Source of the DNA: Eledone cirrhosa
Taxonomy: Eukaryota
Length of the DNA stretch: 64,000 nt
Reading direction: 5' to 3'
NCBI GenBank assembly: GCA_964016885.1
Contig: OZ024740.1
Coordinates: 273,234,001-273,298,000, forward strand
The translations under genes and the position numbers were made by a program. Under the pieces are notes generated by a model, which was not told where the DNA came from, made no database searches, and saw only the letters and a list, made by a program, of their open reading frames with translations. Shown piece after piece: positions 1 through 13,845 of the stretch; positions within the stretch are counted from its first letter, which is position 1; each line of letters starts with the position of its first letter.

Positions 1-3000
1 AGAATGTTCGAAAATCACGGAAAAAAGAAACATTTGTTTGCTCTTAAAAACAATTTGAATCGCAAATAAGAAACTTAATTTCACAGCATAAGGCTCAACG
101 ATCTCAATAAGTAAATTATGCTCAGTTTCATCTTATTTTGTATAATTCATGAAGACTTAACGAAAGCCTGTTTTACACTGTATCACAAACTTACCGCCGG
201 AATTACCGTTAGTGACATAACACACAAAGTACAGCATAGAAACCATGAAACTGGTGTCAAATACCTTTTTAGAGTAAATCGATGAGAGAAAATGTAAACG
301 CTTAAAAGAAAAGATAAAATTCGTTTTCAGAGAAGATGAGATTTCCAACAAGCGTTCACGCTCGAAGAATTTATTCTTCCACATGTCAAAGAACACAGGA
401 ACCACATTATCGCTGATAGGTATGAACGTTCCTTGGCATACCTTTACCTTCTTCATCTTTCAACAGTAAACTCTTGTTATAGCAAAAAATATATTTGTTA
501 TTAATCTTGGCTGTTTATTTTGAAGTGTTGTTGGTTTATTGAACACAGTTTTGATAACCCAGTAGTGTTGGCAACGTTTCCAAGTAAAGGTTCATTATTA
601 ATAACTAATATTAAAACTATTGACTTTATATAAATTATATGGATCTTTAATAGTGTGTTTATTATATAAAAACATATGAGTGTCGAGTCTTGTTAGACTT
701 TAAATATATCAATATTGTCACGATCATACTTCCTATGGTAGTAACCTTTGGTAGGTACATGTTGAAGAAGTGCTTTACATTTGTACATCCTTCCTTACAT
801 GAACCCTTTTAGTCATAGTACTACATGCATGGATTCATTGCATATAATCTAATCTGAAGAAAAGATGCACACTCACACAAGCATATACTTCAGCATATAT
901 AAAGCTAGCATAAAGCTAACCTTCAATTCTAGGAATAACAAATATTATTTTAATTACCATTCAGCAAGCGTCTCATAAATGTAATATCCTATATATATAT
1001 ATATATATATATTATTATAGAAACTTTATTTCAATAGTGAGCATTGCATCATCCAATGATCCTTTGAAAACAGAGTAAAGTGATTTGAATAAATGTTATT
1101 GCAATACTGGAGAGACCATTATGTAAGATTTGAAAAAAAAACGATATTTCAAAATCTGGGTGTTTAAGTAGAAGAATAACTTAATAGTTTGCTGTGGCGC
1201 CCTTGGGGGCTGAGAAGTACTCTGATTCTCATCTGATTCTCACTTTTAACTCTGGGATATTTTCAGTCACACCCTGATAAATGGTTCAGCTAACAAGCTA
1301 AACTTATTGAATGAGTAAACTTAATGGGAAGAGACGGTCATAGCCTAGTATACAAGTATGTTTTATTAGATGTTTTGGGATAAAAATGATCTCTAAATAA
1401 GAAATGTAGAGAAAACTAGGGAGATGTCTAGATTTAATATTAAATTATATCCCTACAAATAGCATGGGATTTGAAATAAAGCTTCATGACATGTATATGT
1501 GAATTTGCGTTAATGTGTATTTAAGCATGTAAACACGTTTTGATCTCGAGTTTTGATCTTTGTAGAGATCTTCATCAGAAATTGTCAACATCAATATACA
1601 TAGAAATAGATTTATATGTCCATCAAATATGGCAGAATTAGAGAACTGAAAATACTAGTGTTTATAATATATATTCATGTGTGTTTGTGTTAGCTTACTG
1701 AATGTATGTATCTTCACATCGACTATATTTAAAGCAACAGGTGGCATTTGTTTATTTCCTACTTCAACAGTGGACGATAATAATTAGTGCCATATACCAT
1801 ACGTATCTCTATTTTCTCAAACTGCTTAATTACATTACCTAAATAAACAGAACCCATAGTTAACTGATATAACTGCAGATGCCTGTAATACATTTTTTCT
1901 GTAAGAAATTTCACTCACAAGTATTGGTCAGCTCATGGCTATACTAGACAACACTTGCTCTAGGTGTCTGTCAGTGGAATTGAAACTGAAACCATGTAGA
2001 TAAAAAACGAATTGTTTACCGTAGAGCTATGCATGCAAAATATCACACCATGCACACATGTATTTATTATTCATTTGTCCATATAAACCCACAAAGCACT
2101 CACATAATTAATATCACAAAATGTTCTGTTCGCATAGGAAACAGAAATGACTGAAATAGCTGGACAACATAATTGATGGACAGAAAGGAAAACAAATATA
2201 TGAAGGAAAACAAAGAATAAAACACACAAAAGAAACAAAACCCTCAAAAGAAGTGAAATATGTTAACAAACTATTTAATAAACACTGTTATATAGTTTTT
2301 CATGACTATGTTGTGTTATGAAGGTTGGTGCAAAATGTAACCTGCCTCCTGCAAGTAATATGTCTGTGTTGTGTTCTAGTTGAATTATCCATTGTTTTTC
2401 TAGAACAAGTCCAGTGGTCTTACTGTGTGTACTTTGATTATAAATAAATCCTACACTTTGCAATCTCAATATCCGGATATGTTTTCTTCCTTTTCCATCC
2501 TTTCGTATTGATGTCAGCATCCTGCTTTACACACAGCTTGCTTTCTCTACAGGAATTTGTAAGTCTTATTTTTGGTCATTCAACTCTACCAACTTCGAAT
2601 CCAGTGGACAGAGTAATGTGTTATTTATTTATTTATCTATTTGCTGTTGTTGCTGTTCCCATATGTATGTGAATGTGTTTGTGCGTGAATGTATGTTTGT
2701 GATATTGTTGTTTTCTTTACAATGCTTTCTAACAAAGCACAACGCCTCAAATGATTTGCCCTTAGTACTTGACTAGTATTTATTTTTTTTCACTTGAAAG
2801 GGAAAATGGCAAAGCTGATCCAGACGAAGTTTGAACTCAGAACATAAATGAATAATATAACAAACTATTTTGTCCACCACTCACCTGATTCGTGCAATCA
2901 ATCACCCTTGGTTGTTATATAAAGACTTGTAATTTAGGTACACAACGAAACATTTTGGAAGAGAGATGTAGTTATTCTATTCTGAAACACGGTGTCCCAT

Positions 3001-4440
3001 TGTTACTTTATGTTAATGACATTGGTAGGATTAAAAGTAAATTCAACCTCAGAATGTTTTGATCTAATAGTCTAAAGAATCATAACTAAATATTGCAATG
3101 TATTCTATCGAAAATTCTCCTAATTCTGCTATCCAATGCATTTGAATTACAATCTAATACGTTTTCCATATTTATGGTAAGTCACTAATTATTAGTGAGA
3201 AAAATATTTATATTTGCCTTAGGCAGAATTGTCAGTGTCAAACAAAATGAATTGTGCCATGTCTTCTTGCTCGTCATATTCTGAGTTCAAAATTTCCCCT
3301 TTCCCATTTCAGACTAGAATAATGTACTAGTTAAGTATTAACTTTGTTTAATGTATTATATTCTCTCTCCAAATTTGGGACAGAAATGATTATTATTTAC
3401 TATGTTTTTCCCTGCATTTAGTTCAAATTCTGCTGGGATCAACATTGGTTTTCATCATTCCAGGTTTTATGAATAAAGATGGCTATACTCTTTTTCAAAG
3501 ATTTTAAATCTGCGTTAAATTCTTTATCTTATGCCAATCCAATCCTAAATTGAAAAGGTACTGGTTTATAATTAGTGTTGGTAATATACTAGAAATCGAT
3601 ACAATCTACTATACCTATCCCCTAGAAATATATCACATAACATCACTGTTGCTTGGAAGAATTTCTTGAGCGGCAGAACAGAAAAATACTATATTCATAC
3701 ACAGGAATCTCAGATTATATCCAGAGAACTGATTAACCTTAGGTAACTCACAAACACGCTGTCAATTCTTACCCACAAATGTGCTGTCTCCTGTCTTACA
3801 ACGACCACTGCGTTTCTGATCAAGCTGATCTTGAGGAAATTGCTCTCAGTATCTCCCAGTTTCCTTGTCTCTCTGTAACATATTTTGTCCAACTCCGTAG
3901 GCTTTGCACTAACTATTATGCATACTTTTTTCTTCCAAGAGTGTCAGCCCCCTGAAATTCCTTCCTTGTGTATGTCTTTCCTGCAATTGTCCATTTGCAA
4001 CAGTTTATGTGGAATATTAGTATCATTAATGTCACTGGAGAGCCAACAAAGACCACGGACACATAACCTATTTCCATACAAAACTAATGAAATCATTACA
4101 TGCTTCCCTGAAAGGGCAACTTTATCTTTTATACGCTTGGGGTTAATTAAATAAGTACTGATCATATGCTCTCATCAGTTATATTGACTCAGCTCTTTTA
4201 AAAATATGTAACTTCGTGTCTATCTTAGATATCAAGATTATGATTGTATACTCTTTACAGCAATGTTATGCTAGGCTTTTACTGCACTCCGGGGTGATCA
4301 ATGCATTACTTCATTATTGGTACAGTTTGCTTTTCAAAGTGAATGATTTGATTTGTTATGATATCCCTTGTTTTAATGTTGCAGTATTTCTCTGGTTTAT
4401 TGTGAAATTTTTATCGTGTTTTCTTGTCCGGCTTAAGTAA

Positions 4441-4760
4441 AGGCGCGTGGCTTTGTGGTTATGGTAATTGGATCACGACCGTAACGACATGAGTTCGATT
4501 CCCGGTGGTGCGATGTGTCCTTCAGAAAGACGCTTTATTTCACGTTGCTCCAGTACACTCAGCTGGAAAACGTGAGTTGTACCTGTAATTCAAATGGCCA
4601 GTCTTGTCTGATTTTGTGTCACAGTGAACCTCCCCGATAACTATGTTAATGGTGCGCGTGTCTGTGAAATGCTCAGCCACCTACACGTTCATTTCACGAG
4701 CAAGCTGTTCCGTTGATTATATCAGTAGGAACACTCACAATGGTAACTGACGGAGTGCCA
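4441..4760 (+). mobile_element. tRNA-derived SINE, family A, near full length
   Basis: tRNA-like head with A-box-like TGGCTTTGTGG and B-box GAGTTCGATTCC, followed by a SINE body (TGTGTCCTT..AAGACGCTTTATTTCACGTTGCTCCAGT..CACTCAGCTG). Resembles a SINE I recall from octopus genomes. Confidence 0.75.
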
Positions 4761-5116
4761 ATACTATCCTGCTTTGTGCAGAATTAACTAATTTTAAATT
4801 GATGCAAATGTGATGTTGCTCTAAGTGGTGCATTACTTTGTCTGGCATTGGAAATCTATAACCATTAGCGGAGTCTTGAAGGACTCGTGTCAATGCCAGT
4901 GTTAGAGGTGAGAAACTGAATCCAGAATAGACAAAAGTAAACAGATGCACTGGCAGTTCTGTCAATCCACTAGTCTAGTCTTGTAGTTTCTTTACCATCT
5001 CCAAAAGGATGGACAGCAAAGTTGAGCTCAGCATTACTTGAACACTGAAGAATGGAATTAATATAGCAAAACATTTTATCTGAAGCGCTAACAACTCTGC
5101 TAATTCATTGCATAAT

Positions 5117-5746
5117 GTATTGTCATCAAAGACATATCAATTCATTCAAGCTAAAATACCTTCTGAATGAAAAAGTAAAACCTCTCATATTAGAGGAACT
5201 CAAATATGAAAATTAGAAATGTGAGATATAAGGGCAGCAAAAATAATTATTGTACTGAGTGTATTTTAAAAATATATGTTAGCAAAAGTATACCAACCCT
5301 ACCAATGTTAAACTCAGTCAAAATTATAGCCCCATAAAGTACACCATACATTCTTTATAAGACATCTTCAAACCAATGATATGGTTTGTATAACTGACGT
5401 TCTACATGATGCTGTCAAAATAATGTAAGATGAGTTACATTATTTTGACAGCATCATGTAGAACGTCAGTTATACAAACCATATCATTGGTTTGAAGATG
5501 TCTTATAAAGAATGTATGGTGTACTTTATGGGGCTATAATTTTGACTGAGTTTAACATTGGTAGGGTTGGTATACTTTTGCTAACATATATTTTTAAAAT
5601 ACACTCAGTACAATAATTATTTTTGCTGCCCTTATATCTCACATTTCTAATTTTCATATTTGAGTTCCTCTAATATGAGAGGTTTTACTTTTTCATTCAG
5701 AAGGTATTTTAGCTTGAATGAATTGATATGTCGTTGATGACAATAC
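5117..5746. repeat. Long near-perfect palindrome (312-bp arms, 6-bp spacer GATGAG)
   Basis: 5117-5428 is the reverse complement of 5435-5746; one mismatch seen, near the outer end. Confidence 0.95.
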
Positions 5747-6536
5747 CTGGAAAGGGAAGAATTGGAAGATTCCTTCTAACAGTGGATAGAGTGCTTTGCA
5801 GTACCCGTTCCGTCTTTCTACTCTCTGAGTTCAAATCCTGCCGAAGTCAAATTTGTTTTTAATCTTTTCAAGACCGGTAAAAAAAAGTCAGTCTAGTGCT
5901 GCGGTCGATTCTTCTTGTGTTCAGAATTGGAGAGGTTTGGGTTCCGCCAGGCTTCAAAATACATAAGAAACGTTGTATACCAGTAAGGCACCTCTACGAC
6001 TCCATCAAAAGTTACAGGACCATGCCATAAGATATCTGGATAGTTTACCTTTTCTCTTTGTTGGTTTGGTCAGGAAGTTTCAACAAATTTAATGCAAATT
6101 TTAGTATTCTTCATCATATACTCAATGGAAGATATTTTAAATTAGTTTGTAAAGGAAAATGTATTATTCCTACTGTCTTGAAAACATGACGCCTCCTGTT
6201 TGTTACTCCAACCCCTAAAACAACAGAGATCATTCATAAATATGAGTATGGTTTATGATTTAGTGTATTGAGACAAAACTAGTTTTTAATTAATTGGAAG
6301 AACACATCTAACCATTTCTTAAGTATGCACATGGAAGTGTTGATAATATCAGCACCTGTATTTAACAGATACTGAATATATTCACTTTGAAAAAATAAAA
6401 AGCAAGGTTTGTCAGGATTTAAATTTTGGATGTAAAGAATTGATACAACTACCTCATGACACTTAGCCCAACACATTTATAATTCTAATGTACCACCTCA
6501 TTTGCACCTATAACGAAAAGTAAAGAATTTGCATTT

Positions 6537-6587
<51 letters not shown>

Positions 6588-6589
6588 AC

Positions 6590-7915
6590 AGTGCCAAAGA
6601 ACAGAGTTCTCTCTAACACCAAGAGCTAAAGGGGGATCTCACTGACGTCACTTGTAGCAAAGACACTCAGCAGGATGATTCTTAACAGGATGCAGCCCGA
6701 GATGGAGAAGAAGCTCAGGGACAACCAGAACGGATTCAGAGAGGGAAGAACACCCACCAGTCACATCCTGGTGCTGATGAGGATATTAGAGTGAGCTAGA
6801 GCAATGAGCCTACCTGTAGTTATGGTTTTCATTGACCTTAAGAATACCTTTGATTGTGAGGACAGTCACTGCTCGATGAAGATCTTACGAGCTTAGGAAA
6901 TCGCCAAGATGTCAGTGGACCTGATTTCTCTGCTCTACACCAACACCAAAGCCGAAGTCATTACACCGGATGGGATGATGGAGTCCTTTGTCATACTGGC
7001 TGGAGTGCCCCAGGGAGATGCATTGGTTTCCTACCTTTTTATCATTACAGTGGACTATTGTATGCGCCTTGCACTGGAGAAACACCAGGCCTCTGGCTTT
7101 ACTGTAACACTGGCTCAGAGCAGGCGAGTTAAGGCGAAAAAGACATCGGATGCTGAATTTGCCGACGACATAGTTCTGGTGACAAACACATGAAGGAGGC
7201 AGAGGAGTTGATGCAGGAGCTGGAGACTGTCTCGATGACTGTGGGGCTAAGAATGAATGAGATTAAGATGTAGTATTTGGTAGAGAATATTAAGAAGCCG
7301 GAGATTATAACTAATGTAGGCGGGAAGCCGCTAGAATTGGTTAAGGATTTCCTGTATCTGGGAGCAAAGATTGTGAATTCAGAAGATGATGTGGTCGAAA
7401 GGAAGAGCGAAGCCTAGGCGGCGTGCCACAGTTTGAGTTCGGTGTGGAAGTCGGACCTTCGTAAAGGCCGGAAGATCCGTCTCTTCGTTGATTTAGTGGA
7501 GTCTGTGCTGCTGTACGGGTCTGAGACTTGGACACTGACCAAGAAGCTCACTGAGATGGTGGATGGGTGCTACACGAAAATGCTGAGGATGGCTCAGAAG
7601 ATTAATCAGTATACACTGAGTATGAAGAACTCATAGCTGTACGGGAGCCTCCGAAAAGTCAGCTCGAAAGTAACACAGAGGAGACTGAGGTTAGCTGGAC
7701 GTGCTCACCGACATCCAGAGATGATGCTGCACTCAGTGCTCCTGTGGGATCCCCTACATGGACACACTGGAAGAGAAAGACCGAGGATAACATATGTTTA
7801 TGCCCTAAGGTCAGACACTGGTCTATTGGAGACGCAGGACATGGCAGTGATGATGAGGGACAGAGACCGCTGGAGAGAACTCGTCCTTGGATCTCGGGAA
7901 ATTTACCCTCCCTAT
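6590..7915 (+). mobile_element. 5'-truncated, decayed RTE-type LINE (RT domain to 3' end)
   Basis: Translates to KGISLTSLVAK..NQNGFREGR..FIDLKNTFD..GVPQGDAL..FADDIVL..LLYGSETWTL..GRERPR, with stops and frameshifts. Flanked by (TA)n/(CA)n. Confidence 0.9.
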
Positions 7916-8200
<285 letters not shown>

Positions 8201-8987
8201 GGAGACAGCAGCAATTAGTGATGGTCGGAGTTTGAAATAATTGAATGCTTCATTTGTATAATATAATTAGATATTTCCATGGCAATTTCATGATAATGGT
8301 AATTGCAGACTTAGTTATATAAGAGAACAGGATTTTGGCGAACACAAACGGAGAATAAAAAATAGAGGACCGATTTTTATTCGGGGGTGGCCCGGTGACT
8401 CCATGTTATTTTAAAGGAAGGCCATCCAAGAATATATTCTCATTCTATCTATGTGGTGTGTGTTAGAGTGTGAGGTATGTGTAGCGATGCAAGTTATAAT
8501 TTTCTTCCTGTCGAACGATATAATTTTAATTTAATTTACACATGACCTGAGCATTGGATAGCCTCTTCTTCTTTAGGAACTAATATTGTTTTAAACGTTT
8601 AATGTCTATTGTGGATTGCAGCTCTTGGTTTAACCATTTACCGAGTCTAATCAACGGTAGACGTTGATGAATTTTGCTGCAAGAAATGTAACCATATAGG
8701 CCTTGAAAACACTTAAGTATGTAAGTATGATAGTTATCCTTAAGTATGTAAGTATGATAGTTATTCTGTGTTTATGCTTTTTTTTTTTTACTTAATTAGA
8801 TTGTTTTCATCAAAATATTAGATTTGTGGTTTCCTGTGATATTGGTAGTGTGCAAAGCTTTGAGGTTTGGGATTTTTAGCTCTAATTCTCTCATAGAGCT
8901 ACCACAGAGTCACATGATCGTTATATATTCTACATCGATCACTTTTGTTATAGATAGAACGAGAGATAGATAGATAGATAGATAGAT

Positions 8988-9038
<51 letters not shown>

Positions 9039-9125
9039 AAGACAGATAGATAGAGAATGATGATTAGGTAGGTAAATAGATAGCTAAATAAATAAATAAA
9101 TATATATAAGAGAGAGAGAGAGAGA

Positions 9126-9208
<83 letters not shown>

Positions 9209-9815
9209 GGGTAGATAGATGGATAGATGGTTAGAGTGAAAGTGACAGACAGAAATACTTAGATAGATAGAAAAACAGGCACATACAATCATACAGATAG
9301 TTAAATATGTCTATATATGTAAATGCTAATGTATACAACTGGATAAATAAAGCAGGAAAGAATAAAAATAAGAATAGAATTAAAGAAAGTGCTGAAAAAT
9401 ATATTAGTTGATGTGGTGCCATGATCTGAATATGGCTTGATGGAGGTTGGGAAGATAGCTTGGATGGTAAGATGGTTGGGCTTTAGAACAGGTCATCGCA
9501 GCAGTGAAGCTAAAGTAAAAAAATTTAAAGTAGCAAATAGAGTTTATAGGATTGAGAGGAAATGGTAGAAAATCAAACGAAAAAAAAAAAAACATGACCA
9601 AGACCGAAAGATATATATGTGTACGTGAGTGTGTGTATATATATATATCTATACACTCGTATATATACATACACACAGACACACATAATAAACATACATA
9701 TACTCATACATACATACACACACATTTTATATATATAGATATGTATATATGTATATGTACATGTATGTACATGTATGTACATGTATGCATATGTATGTAT
9801 ATATGTCTCTCTCTC

Positions 9816-9867
<52 letters not shown>

Positions 9868-10150
9868 TGTGTGTGAGTGTGCGTGTGTGTGTGTTTAGAG
9901 GAAATGACTGTTAGTTGGAGAAAGGAGGTTCAAGCATAATCAGTCACTTCTACAAAGCAAGGTCGAAAACCTGATTAGCTACATATTCACTGAGATGAAT
10001 GATCAACCAGTGAAGAAATTGGCTGGAATTTCTCAGGTCAATATTTTTGCTGTGAGGGGTGAATATGCTAAGCAGTGGTCTTTAAACTTAAATCAATTAT
10101 ATGAAGCAAGGCATTCTCACTGAGTGCAAACACCACCAACAACAACATCA

Positions 10151-10214
<64 letters not shown>

Positions 10215-10420
10215 ATACTAATACTATAACATAGACCATATTTTAAAAAAATAACGAAATAGAAATTACAGTATAAGGATTTTCAGCTGTGTTATTTGTT
10301 CAATCATTCAATTATACATACTAGCAGAAAAACCGCCCGGGCGGTTTTCTACTAGCATATGTAGTGTGCATATTAGTATAATACGCAAATATATATGCAT
10401 GTTATATATGTAAATTGAAA

Positions 10421-10763
10421 AGTTAATTGAAAATATCTTCTTCGCCCACTTATTTCAGAGAAGGTCGTGGGGGTAGAATCCTTCTTAAACATACCTTCCA
10501 GGGAGTCTGTCAGAAGCAAACATCTCTAACAGATCTAGTTGAATCCCAAAGCGTAACCAGCAAAGCTTATGGATGTTATCCAATTATTTGACTCAGGGTC
10601 TACCTCTGGGTCTCTTGCCGGTTGGTTTTGCCTGTAAAATCTGTTAGAGATGTTTGTTTCTGACAGACTCGCTGGAAGGAGTCTTTGAGAAAGACTCTAC
10701 CCCCCCCCTCCCCCCCCCGACCCTCTCTGAAATAAGCGGGCGAAGAAGATATTTTCAATTAAC
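10421..10763. mobile_element. Fold-back pair of RTE-like LINE 3' ends
   Basis: 10421-10534 is an imperfect inverted copy of 10639-10763. The minus strand through the spacer reads LQAKPTGKRPRGRP..FASDR, a typical RTE C-terminus. A related decayed copy lies at about 62833-63030. Confidence 0.75.
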
Positions 10764-11494
10764 TCTGTGTTGTTTTCTGAATCATGTTAAAATATATTAA
10801 AACTATTAATTGCTTATAGCAGGGGTTGTTAAAAGAAATGTTTTTCAAGATCTAGTGCAGGACGTACAGTTATTTTTCATGGAAGGACTTGAAAATATTT
10901 AGGAGATTTTCGTTAGTCAAATATCCCATGTAAGTGCAAAAGATGATTAACCCTTTAGCTTATAAACCGGCCATATCCGGCCAGAATTCTCTCACCTCTT
11001 CCTGTTCAAATACTGATGTTCAGGTATTATTCTTAAAATAAATAATATTAAAATCTCATAGATTCAATATTATATGAGATAATTATGTGAGATAAAGCCT
11101 TTACCATGAAAATACAATAGTAAATATTAAGTAATATATCATATTAAGTAATGTAGTGAAGAATATTTTCAGACATGTATATTCTTCACAGCATATATAA
11201 ACAGTTACTTGTTATTTTTCTAATCAGGTTCAAGCGTAAGAGGAATATAGATATGTTCAAACTCTTGTTTTGTATGCTTTGTATTCTCTATTATTCTTCA
11301 TAACTTGTGTTAGGATATTAATCAATTTCTTCTTATTTTTTCTTATATGTATATTTCCTGGAGTATACGGTTTCAATAAAGCATCTATATTAGAGTAAAT
11401 AATTAACTGGTAATTCTCCATAAATTCATGTAATATTCTAGCCGCGCTGAAACGTCCGTTGCAATGTATAAATAAATAATAATAATAATAATAA

Positions 11495-11675
11495 TTGTTT
11501 CTACGTTTGGCACAAGGCCAGCAATTATCCAGTGCATTACTGGTACTTTATTTTATCGACCCCGTAAGGATGATAGGCAAAGTTAACCTCGGCGGCATTT
11601 GAACTCAGAATGGCAAGGGCCGTAACACTATACGTCAAAGCATGGCGTCCGACCCTCTACCGATACTGCCAATCC
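11495..11675 (-). mobile_element. tRNA-derived SINE, family B
   Basis: Minus strand: TTGGCAGTATCGGTAGAGGG..TTCTGAGTTCAAATGCCGCCGAGGTTAACTTTGCCTATCATCCTTACGGGGTCGATAAAATAAAGTACCAG..GGCCTTGTGCCAAA. Many other copies in the window. Confidence 0.85.
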
Positions 11676-12343
11676 AATAATAATAATACCCTTGGTTTCT
11701 TATATTCCGAATTTTAAATGCTCTGCTACTGGAACTGTGTTTTATTCATCCAGTTGCCTTTTTGCTCTTGAAGAACGAAGGGCTGAAAAAAGTGCATCGA
11801 GCGTATCTCATCTTACCAACGAAAATAGTAAAGTACTACACTATAACCTCATATATTGTTAACTATAACTTTGTACTTACATGCACACACACTCTTTTAC
11901 TTACATATACACACACATTTCTTCTTAGATTCGTACGGACGTATGATAACACACACACATGCTTACGCACAAGCACAAGTATAGTTATTTTTACAAAATG
12001 CTTTTTTTTTTCATTTCAGCTAGACGCGCTCCATCATCCACTTTTCTAAAAAAATAAATCATAAACAAAACGCCAACACCAACACTTTTGCAAGAGATGT
12101 CAAGATGTGTACTTTTATCTAAAGATATTTTTTCCAATTACAACCTGCCCGTCTCCTCGATCTATCTTATTTCTTATACTTTCGTCTGAGGAAAGACTAG
12201 CGTCCGTAACGTTAAGACCCTCTTCCTGGTATATTAAGCGTTAACCTAATATATCCCTTCCACATACTGTACCGATTGTGTTGTTATTTCTGTTTACCTT
12301 TTACATACACACACACACACACATATATATATGTAATTATATG

Positions 12344-12403
<60 letters not shown>

Positions 12404-12559
12404 TATATATAAGTATATATATGTATATATATATGTATATATATATATATGTATGTATATATGTATACATATATGTATATATATATATATATGTGTGTAT
12501 ATATGTATATATAAATATTTATATATACATATATGTATAGATATGTATATATGCATGTG

Positions 12560-12591
<32 letters not shown>

Positions 12592-12626
12592 TGTATGTGT
12601 GCGTATATATATGTATGTATATATGC

Positions 12627-12721
<95 letters not shown>

Positions 12722-13277
12722 CGTGTGTGTGTAATAATAATATCAACGAGAGTAAATTATACACATTTACTAGGCTCAATGCAACGATAAGATCATGCAG
12801 AACCGGTATATAGTTCCAAAAATCAAAAGTTCAAGGCATTTAATCACTGATAATTGTTTCTTCCCATAATAATATACGACAGACAGCAAATTATTTTATT
12901 TAAGAATTTGCTATTAGTTAGCATAAGCCATAGGGGTAATCAGTGTTTAATTAAAATAAAAAATGATTAATTAAATATCAATACAAATCATTCAAGAATA
13001 ACAGATAACATATATCACTCATCAAATTCAATCAAAGTTTAAATAATATGTTGTCAGTTGTATCAAAATACTTAAAGGTTATTTGGAAGAGTAGCAATTT
13101 TCCCAAAGTGAATCGGAATTCATAGTTTTATCAAAGCAATGCTCATAATGTGTCAGAACAATCTATTCAATTTAACAGGGTTCAAGTTGAAAGATTTTAC
13201 TGCAGGCCTATCATTATATCAGGAACCATGAAGTTATACGAACTGAATATATATATATACATACACATATATACATA

Positions 13278-13379
<102 letters not shown>

Positions 13380-13845
13380 TTGTTGTAAGGAATCAAATAG
13401 ACCAGGATACAAATTCTAATTTAGTCCAGAAATAGCAGTCGAAACGGCTTGAGCTATCCGATATCTGCATTGCTTTATTGTACTACAATAAAACTTACCT
13501 CCTACATATATATATAAGGAAAACAGATTAAATCTAAAATGCAACTGGAGTCTTTTTGAGAATATTTATTTTGTTCCTTTATTGGTATCGCAGTTATTAT
13601 CCTTTTCAAAAGTAGAATTGCGATTGTAGGTTTGTGGTTTTTCTCGCCCTTCAAACCCTTCATCTCAATTCTACTTTTGAAAAGCATAAGAACTGCGAAA
13701 CCGGTAAAGGAACCAAATAAATATTCATAAAAAGACTCGGGTTGCATTTTCGAATTCATCTTTTTTCTTTATACTTTCACTCGTGTGGGACATCTCGTTC
13801 TTTTTTCACTTTGGAAAAAAACCCTCATTTTCTAATAAATATATA

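Noticed and set aside
157-456. 99-aa minus-strand ORF, CCGGAA motif and splice-like signals (minus donor near 197; plus TTTCAG..GTATGA at 331-425)
   Set aside because: No recognisable protein motif and no consistent exon chain. It could be a promoter or first exon, but this cannot be supported from sequence alone.
2275-4165. Higher-complexity patches with short ORFs (2275-2560, 3710-4165)
   Set aside because: Every frame I tried between plausible splice sites hits stops, and no family was recognised.
11430-11465. GAAACGTC resembling an HHR 3' half
   Set aside because: No upstream CTGANGA-like core or pairing stem I.
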